Shown piece after piece: positions 16,850-23,594 of a stretch of DNA of 23,594 nt. The DNA is taken from assembly GCA_043228905.1 (NCBI GenBank), contig JBHGNT010000472.1, forward strand, positions 1-23,594, read 5' to 3'. The position numbers were made by a program, and so were the translations under genes. The DNA is from Azolla caroliniana (taxonomy: Eukaryota > Plantae > Polypodiophyta). The first letter of the stretch is position 1; every line of letters begins with the position of its first letter. The notes under the pieces are model-generated. The model did no database searches. It saw only the letters and a list, made by a program, of their open reading frames with translations, and had not been told where the DNA came from.

Positions 16850-19330
16850 TGATACTTCATCACAATCTTTTACCTTTTCAACTGCTCTTAGGCACCGACA
16901 TACATATCTCCCAAAGCATTGCCAAGAACAGTTATATATGGGCACATGCCTCATGTCGGTGGAGGAAATACCTAGAGAGGTGGCGGATACCTCCAACGTA
17001 TACAACCATTAACCATGCAAAAGACATTCATCCTTTCCCATCTCTCCTTAAAAACCTCTTGTGTTCGAAAGACTACATTTGAATCACCCTTAATAGCATC
17101 ATATTCTCCTTTTAGTGTATGCACCAAAGTCAAGGCAAATCTTCTCAACTACATCCACAACATTCCATTGAATTTCCTAAAATATCCTTTGACATCTAGT
17201 AGTCCACAAAACCTAGAAGACTATCGATCTAAATCTCCCAAACCACCCCATTATGTATTGAATTAATAGGCATACATGGCGACACTTCCTCAACATATCG
17301 ACCTCTTGTATACAATGCAAAGTTAACCTTTTCTTTTTCATAATCTTGTAGATCACCCTTAATATCAACCCACAATGATGTTGCTTATATTTTATATTTA
17401 TTTTTTTTCAAAACAAAATATCCTTTCATCAGTTTTCAAAAAACCTATAAGGTACAAACTACAAAATAGATGGAAAAGAAGAGAAAAAATGACTATCCCA
17501 ATGGCTAGCCATGGATCCTTCATTTAACTAAGATCCATCTCAACATCTAATTTGATTTCAATATGACTACCAATTCTCCCATGTTGCCACATGCTTTCAA
17601 CATACCAGAAAATGTCATCATAGTAGTTAGAGACCTTGCACAAGCATTCAAGGATAGAGTTTTATAGCATCCTCATTCTTATCCTGCTCAATATAAACCA
17701 ATAACATGGCAGGCCATTCTTATATTGTAGCATCATTGATTGATTACACATTATTATTATATTTTCTTGGAAAAGAACTAAAGAATTATGGGCATCTAGT
17801 TCACAATAAGCATGAATTGTATGTTCATGATCAAATATCTCATCATGGGCATCATGTAATTACAATCATGAATGAGTTCATGTCACGTATATATTCACTT
17901 CAATCATTATTTATTCTTTATATTGGATTTTCCACCTTATTCCACTCTACACAATTATAGATGTAGATTTCCACAAGCTACACGTGGATCATGTTCTTAA
18001 CACTTCTATTTAATTCTACTTTATTCCCTTATTGGATGTCGAGAATAAAGTGTCGCTTCCTAGGTATGCCAATGTATATTGATTGGAACATTAAAGTTCC
18101 ATTTGTTTGTTGTATCTTGCTCCGTTGTGTGGTTTTCTACACGTTCATATTAACCTCTCCTAAACTATCTTCAAATTGGTTAGAGTGTAATTGTTAAAGT
18201 GTTCATCATATCCTATTTTTATGCATTCCCCCACTACAACGTCATATAGGAAGGTCAATGAAGCATCATGCCTTAAGTTCTCCACTTTCCCTCCTAGTTC
18301 GTGGGTGTCAAAATTGTCTCCTATGTTTCCTTTTGAGATCGAGGAGTTCACAATAATCCTTATTGGTGAATACATAGAGATCTCCAAATACATACTTAGG
18401 AGATGTATAAAGTTATTATTTTCTTTAATCAACTTGAGATGTTTCTATAGTATTCTCCTTATGTTAATTGATTGGTTTTGCTTTGCTTAAAGTTTGTATA
18501 CTTAAAGTTATCCACTACCTTTGCATCTCTAATATCATGTAACTTTTAGACCCACTCAACTAGTGCCAGGATATCTTCAATTTGTGGAAACCGGAAGAAA
18601 TAAGAATTTTCACAATACCTTTATGAGAACTTATTGCAAAAGTCCAATGCAAGAGCTATCTACATTTTATTTAAAAATCTAAATATATATTTCCCATTGG
18701 TATGTAGTCCAATCATTCAAGAGAAAATAGATATCTCACTATTCAGAACAAGGATAGCTAAGGCCTGAGCATGCACCAATTTTTAAGTGACACATGATAA
18801 ACTTCATCAAATGTCATCTTCTTTGCGACATGTTGTTCGCCACATTTTACACGTCCTCCTATTGTCACTCTCTCTTAGCTTGATGCCAAGTCAACAAATT
18901 TGAGCATTTCACTTGTGTGTTCCAAAGAACATATCAAGAAACATTGGTTTGAGTTAGCCAAATCCACTTTTTACAAGGGATTCTTGAAAGCTACTTTCAA
19001 GCCACATAAGAAAGAAGCATTAAAATTACCACAAATGGCTTGTCAACCCTAGAACAAGCTCTCACTTTGCTAAAGTCTAAAGTCTTTATTATTCATATCA
19101 TGGCATCCAATATCTCATTGGTATCACGTGTTCCATGAAGAATGAAAAAAATGCATATAACCCTCCCCTATTGTAATTCATGCACAATTAAGGAATGCAA
19201 ACATTAATCCTTGCTCATTTAGTTATGCTAAACATCCTTGGTGGGTTATCATAAAACAATCACAAATCCTCAACAACGCACTCCTTTGTAGTGCTGAAAG
19301 ATTTTTACAAGCGATGTGAAAAACTAAATA
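16850..19330 (-). pseudogene. Degenerate PLS-class pentatricopeptide-repeat (PPR) pseudogene remnants
   Basis: Minus-strand peptides across shifting frames: ACKNLSALQ (19286-19312), KCGEQHVAKKMTFDEV (18800-18847), IEVNIYV..LHDAHDEIFD..IHAY..LVLFQE (~17765-17905), WPAMLLVYIEQDKNEDAIKLY (17654-17716), TFSGMLKACGNMGEL (17571-17615), TQEVFKERWER and VLGNALGDMYV (16897-16929); many stops and indels; outer boundaries approximate. Confidence 0.72.
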
Positions 19331-21151
19331 TCAAGACTATTCATCAATCAACTTGTATCATGCCGTTCAACAACCCTTTTCAACATGTCCAATAAATGTC
19401 CATCTAGATAACCAATTGTGACATATCATGATACCCTTTAATTTGATGATGCTTTGCATCTTGATATTCATGCTTATTGGAAATAAATAATGTATCAAAA
19501 TTATAAAAACTAGTTGCCTTAGGCATGCAACTATCATATTCTTTGAGGCCTATCAGTCTGATTCTCTAATGCAATTATTTCTTTTAAAACAAAAGAAATC
19601 AGCACCATTTGATCCCATGTAGAAGATGTTGTAGCATTACAAAACCCTATATTATTACACCATATGCTAACTTGGCATATCAAAGGAATTTATAATACAA
19701 ATATTCCACTATTTTGGCAGGACCAACAAAACAGATAACAAGTTAGCTACAATGGTACCTTTCTCTCACCAACAATCTTGTAAATTTTTGGGCACCTTCA
19801 TATCATGCCTAATTGATATTTTATCAGCATCTTTACTCAGCCTAGCACACTGTGACAGTTCATAAAAAAACTTATATAACTATCAAAATACCAAAATGTC
19901 TTCAAGCTGATTCCACTCCTGACTTGAAATGGCAAAACCAGAACATAAGAACAGTGGCTTGAATTGTTTCATATGAGAAAAACTTTTGAATAGGGATTTG
20001 AAATAAGTTCAAATAGCATCAAATATGAGGAAAAATGAGCAATTACTACAACAGAGAATTCCCTTTCCATGCCAGAACTTTATTTCTTATGCTTGTACAC
20101 GGCAAAAAACGTACATTTGAGTCTTTCTAGAATTATATGTGAATCTCTCCACTTGCATATTACATATGAAGATAAGACTTCTATGCATACATGATGATGA
20201 CTCAATAATATAATAATTCTCATACCTTAGTATGAGAGCATAAGAATATGCCTATTTTAGGTACCTAAAAAGGCCAACCATATTTGAACCAATCACCTTT
20301 TCTTACCCTCTCAAGGTGAGTTTGAACTTTCCTTTAGACAACCATCCACCAACATTTGGTCGTGCAATGAGTTCTTATTAAGAAAGAAACAAAATGAATC
20401 ATGCCTCTTTTTTTAAAACTTGCACTTCCGTTACGGTCTTTCTCATAGGCCACAAAACCTCTGGATCATTTTGACCTTGTGATCTTTCTTCCTTTTTTCT
20501 TTTTCTTTTTACTTCATCTCACTTAGTTATATAGCTTGCTTCTACTTCAAATTAAAAATAGCATGGATCCTAAGATTTTAGCCTAGGAATGTACTAATCA
20601 AAGCAATCTCTCTAGAAGAAAAAAAAGTCTCCCATTCTGCCTCGAAAACTAGAAAAATTTCCTAAAAATGTTGAGAGAAACTTGTCATGACATATGGTAA
20701 CGAATATAGATGTATAGCGTATATACGCTCTTCACTTGATTCCACTGTTGATGCATTTATCCCCAACTTCTGAACGTCTTTTGATAAACGCACCAAAAAT
20801 AGCTCTGTAAAGTTTAAATACAAGAACACTTCTAGTTAGCCATGCATAGATAACATGACAAAAATAATTACTCACAAATACTATTCATAGTAAATCATCA
20901 TGCATTAAATTTCCAGAAAAACACCAAACTACCTTTACGTTTTTGGGTATTTACCAGAATTTTTTGATAATTGCCAGAATACATCGAAATTGATCAGAAC
21001 CACCCCTTGTAGTAAAACATTTAACGCAGCAGGGGAGGGCGTTCTAGTAAATACCCAACAAGTGAAGGATAGTTTTGTGTTTTTGCCATAGATTGTACAC
21101 TTACCACCATTAGACATAGGCTAAACAATGGAGGCGTATCTTTCTTTCATC

Positions 21152-21628
21152 TCAGGAAGTCTCTTCATGGTCTTCAATCAATATCCTTTTGCAAGCTTCA
21201 TAGCACATGAAAGATATACCCGCAGCTGGTATGAGCTTGAAACAACTTGCAGAGAGACCTCGGTAAAGGCCAGCAGGCCCTTGTTGCTCAAGAATACTAG
21301 AAAGTGCATGAAAAAGACTATCATAAGCTGGCCTCCCAGAAATAGCACCGACTTGCATATGCTTCCTTGCCACCTCTAGAGGAAAGGTTGAGGCACTAGC
21401 AAAAGCTCCTGCGGCTGAACCAATCAGAAGTGTAGGAAGATTCCCTACTTGATCTTGATGGGTTGTCTTCTTGTATAGTTTCCTTAGAAAATCATATGCA
21501 AAGTAGTTGGTCGCCGCATAAGGCACCACACCAATGAGACTAGGGGTGAGGCCTCTGTACAGCTCTTTTGGACCCTCTTCTTCACATATCTTTATAAATG
21601 CATCCATGAGGTTCTTGTATACGCCACG
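21152..21628 (-). CDS. BT1: BT1-like terminal exon
   Basis: RGVYKNLMDAF...EDHEETS*, 477 nt. Confidence 0.93.
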   Translation of the reverse strand, partial: RGVYKNLMDAFIKICEEEGPKELYRGLTPSLIGVVPYAATNYFAYDFLRKLYKKTTHQDQVGNLPTLLIGSAAGAFASASTFPLEVARKHMQVGAISGRPAYDSLFHALSSILEQQGPAGLYRGLSASCFKLIPAAGISFMCYEACKRILIEDHEETS

Positions 21629-21903
21629 CTAAATGGAATACAAAAAAATGGAAATATACACACATATATTTATAATATATATGTATATTAGTCGGTTTAC
21701 AAGATAATGTTCATAGATGAAAAAATAGAGATAATGCCTACTTGGATTGTTAAGCGAGTTTTTAGTAACTCAAGTGGATATGTGCAGATGGTTGAACAGA
21801 TTCCAGCTGCTGCACCAGCAATAGAAGAAGTAGGCACTGGTATATGAGATGACACAAACGGTGCTTTATCCAGAACCTTCTTTATGGTATCATATGCAAA
21901 AAG
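21152..21903 (-). CDS. BT1: BRITTLE1-like adenine nucleotide transporter (mitochondrial carrier family), 3' part; complement(join(21152..21628,21742..21903)); upstream exon(s) outside the window
   Basis: MCF signatures PLELLKTRL and PLEVARKHMQ; LFAYDT, ELYRGLTPSLIGVVPYAATNYFAYD and PAAGISFMCYEACKRIL match BT1. Splice sites TACAG|CTT, CAA|GTAGG and TTTAG|CGT are all phase 0; TGA stop at 21152. Confidence 0.92.
21742..21903 (-). CDS. BT1: BT1-like penultimate exon
   Basis: LFAYDTIKK...PLELLKTRLTIQ, 162 nt, phase 0/0. Confidence 0.92.
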
Positions 21904-22989
21904 CTGTAGCAAAACGTTTTCATGATGAGCATCTCATTATATTATTAGGCACAGTAATCTATTTTTTTTTTACCAATCAGTTACAGATAGATTGTTATCA
22001 GAAGACAAATCATGTCTGGTAGGTGTGTGCATCGAACTAAGACATATGAATGAAGCTCCACATTCTTGAGGAAAGTATTGCAAATGCTTTCTATACACCA
22101 AAAGGTGAGATCTCACATTAAAATGTAATACAATGAAAAGGAAAATCTTGATCTTTGTTACTCTATTAAAATGATTATCTTGCTGATGAAGTAATCAAAC
22201 TATGCATGATGATAGCACCTTTTTTGTCAAAATGAATGAATGACTCTCATACCAACAGAATATGTTTTTTACAAAAAGCTATCGGAGAGACAATTATCAA
22301 GGATTCAATGATACCTTCAGGATCCCTTACCAGACATAGAAATGAGAAAACCAAAATCACCAAGCTGCCTAATAATGTTCAGCCGCATAATAGATGAAAT
22401 AGAAGATAAAATATTCCTTTGGGAATATGATAACGAGAATACATCGAGTTAAGGCTCCACTGAGCCTATAGAGCCTCAAAGTCTTCTCCAGATTGGGTCC
22501 AACATTAAAGAGAATATCTATCCTGCAGCAATGCATTAGGCATTGAACAATCATCTCAAAGTCAAGAAAGAAACAAAGAAATATATATTTATGTCTCTAA
22601 GACCATAATGAACTATGAGACCTGATAAAGATTATAACTATTTACGTTGACTTGTAAACTAACTGAATCGAATTGTGATCATGAAAAGTCAACAATTTAA
22701 TTTGGTGCCTCATAATTGCAATTGAAATTGCTCTCCTCTGAAAATATTCTTCATGGGGTGACTCTAATATGGAAAGCTCAGTGCGATGGTGGCTCTGATC
22801 TTATGAAAACATGCACATCAGGGTCATGGTCCCGACTGGCATCAGCTACATCCTGACATAGCTATGCTTGAATGTGGACCCTCCACTGGCATTGGCAACA
22901 TCCATGACAAAGAGAAATGCCTCTGGCTGTCATGGATTCACTTTGCGCAACATTTTCTACACTATGAGGATGTCCTTTATAGTATTTGT

Positions 22990-23400
22990 GCAGAAGAAAT
23001 TTGTCAAAGTTCTTTGGTGAGGTAGATCACTGAATGGGGAACCCCCTAAAGAGGTTCTCTCTGTGTCCTCTTTCTCTAGAAGGAAAAAGCACGATGCATC
23101 CTTGAATACTGTACTCCATTCTCCACTGAGGTCCAAATCCTTTCCTAAAGTGACAATGATATCTTCTGTGATCTGATAATAAACTGGACAATGACATGCA
23201 TAATGAATGCTCCTCAGATTGAACATCCTACTACAAATCTGGCAGAGATGCATTCCTCTAAAGCTATATGTGTACAATGTCCAGACATGCCGCATCAATG
23301 TTCAAAGAGCATGTCTCCATACACTTGCCTTGACTAACAAAACCATCTGGGACATGAAAAAGGAGGATAATAGGCCATCTTTGTGTATATATGCATTATG
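22990..23400 (-). mobile_element. Decayed non-LTR retrotransposon (LINE) ORF2 C-terminal fragment in the BT1 intron; may extend to the window end
   Basis: Frameshifted peptides TKMAYY (23367-23384), CQIC, DVQSEEH (23207-23227), YACHCPVYYQI, RYHCHFRKGFGP (23129-23164), FLLE and QRTLTNFF, giving the C..C....E.E.H....C Cys/His tail typical of LINE ORF2. Confidence 0.68.
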
Positions 23401-23594
23401 CGCAATTTAACGATGTTATCAGTGAGAATGTAAATGTACAGGTTTGGCACAAGACTGATCCATTCCTAGAGGACAATCTCCTAATTTGCTAATTTAGTAA
23501 TGTTGTGGACCAGTTTTTGGAACAGTTTGCACTATACTTGTTTGGGGATACTTTTATCTTTCTTGGTTTTGTAGCATCATGAACCCCAAACTAC

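Noticed and set aside
16860-17300. E/DYW deaminase domain reading
   Set aside because: No HxE...CxxC or terminal DYW found; the clearest peptide (VLGNALGDMYV) is an ordinary PPR motif
18000-18490. Reverse-transcriptase reading (FLYDVV ~ LYADD, MNV*KT, YLG) and ORFs 18160-18432 / 18191-18490
   Set aside because: The matches are weak, and the same strand is better explained by the PPR motifs flanking both sides
1-21903. Functional gene cluster linking the acyltransferase-like protein, kinase and carrier
   Set aside because: Unrelated families, mixed orientation and a 10-kb gap; nothing in the sequence indicates co-regulation

Overview
Eukaryotic land-plant nuclear DNA, probably a fern or other seed-free vascular plant (inferred from the style of the PPR and LINE remnants, not proven). 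It contains three spliced genes whose GT-AG boundaries were traced by hand and are phase-consistent. (1) + strand, 3 exons, 1..4504, 757 aa: a condensation-domain/CoA-dependent acyltransferase-fold protein with a non-canonical HTAICDR motif. Its first exon is inflated by homopolymers and an 11-copy ~33-nt/11-aa minisatellite, and intron 2 holds TTAGGG/CTAGGG telomere-like repeats. (2) - strand, 8 exons, 11003..6197, 937 aa: an ALE2-like extensin/Pro-rich receptor kinase. (3) - strand: the last two exons of a BRITTLE1-like adenine-nucleotide carrier, whose 5' part lies beyond the window. The ~10 kb between genes 2 and 3 is AT-rich and holds satellites, small tandem duplications, a possible Mutator-like mini-element, a possible Gypsy integrase relic and a heavily decayed PLS-class PPR pseudogene that the ORF track does not show. 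A decayed LINE 3' fragment lies in the carrier intron. There is no CRISPR array, rRNA or intact tRNA. I found no clearly novel multi-gene system. The best leads are the coding minisatellite in the apparently pseudo-catalytic acyltransferase and an in-frame alternative splice acceptor in the kinase that depends on microsatellite length.
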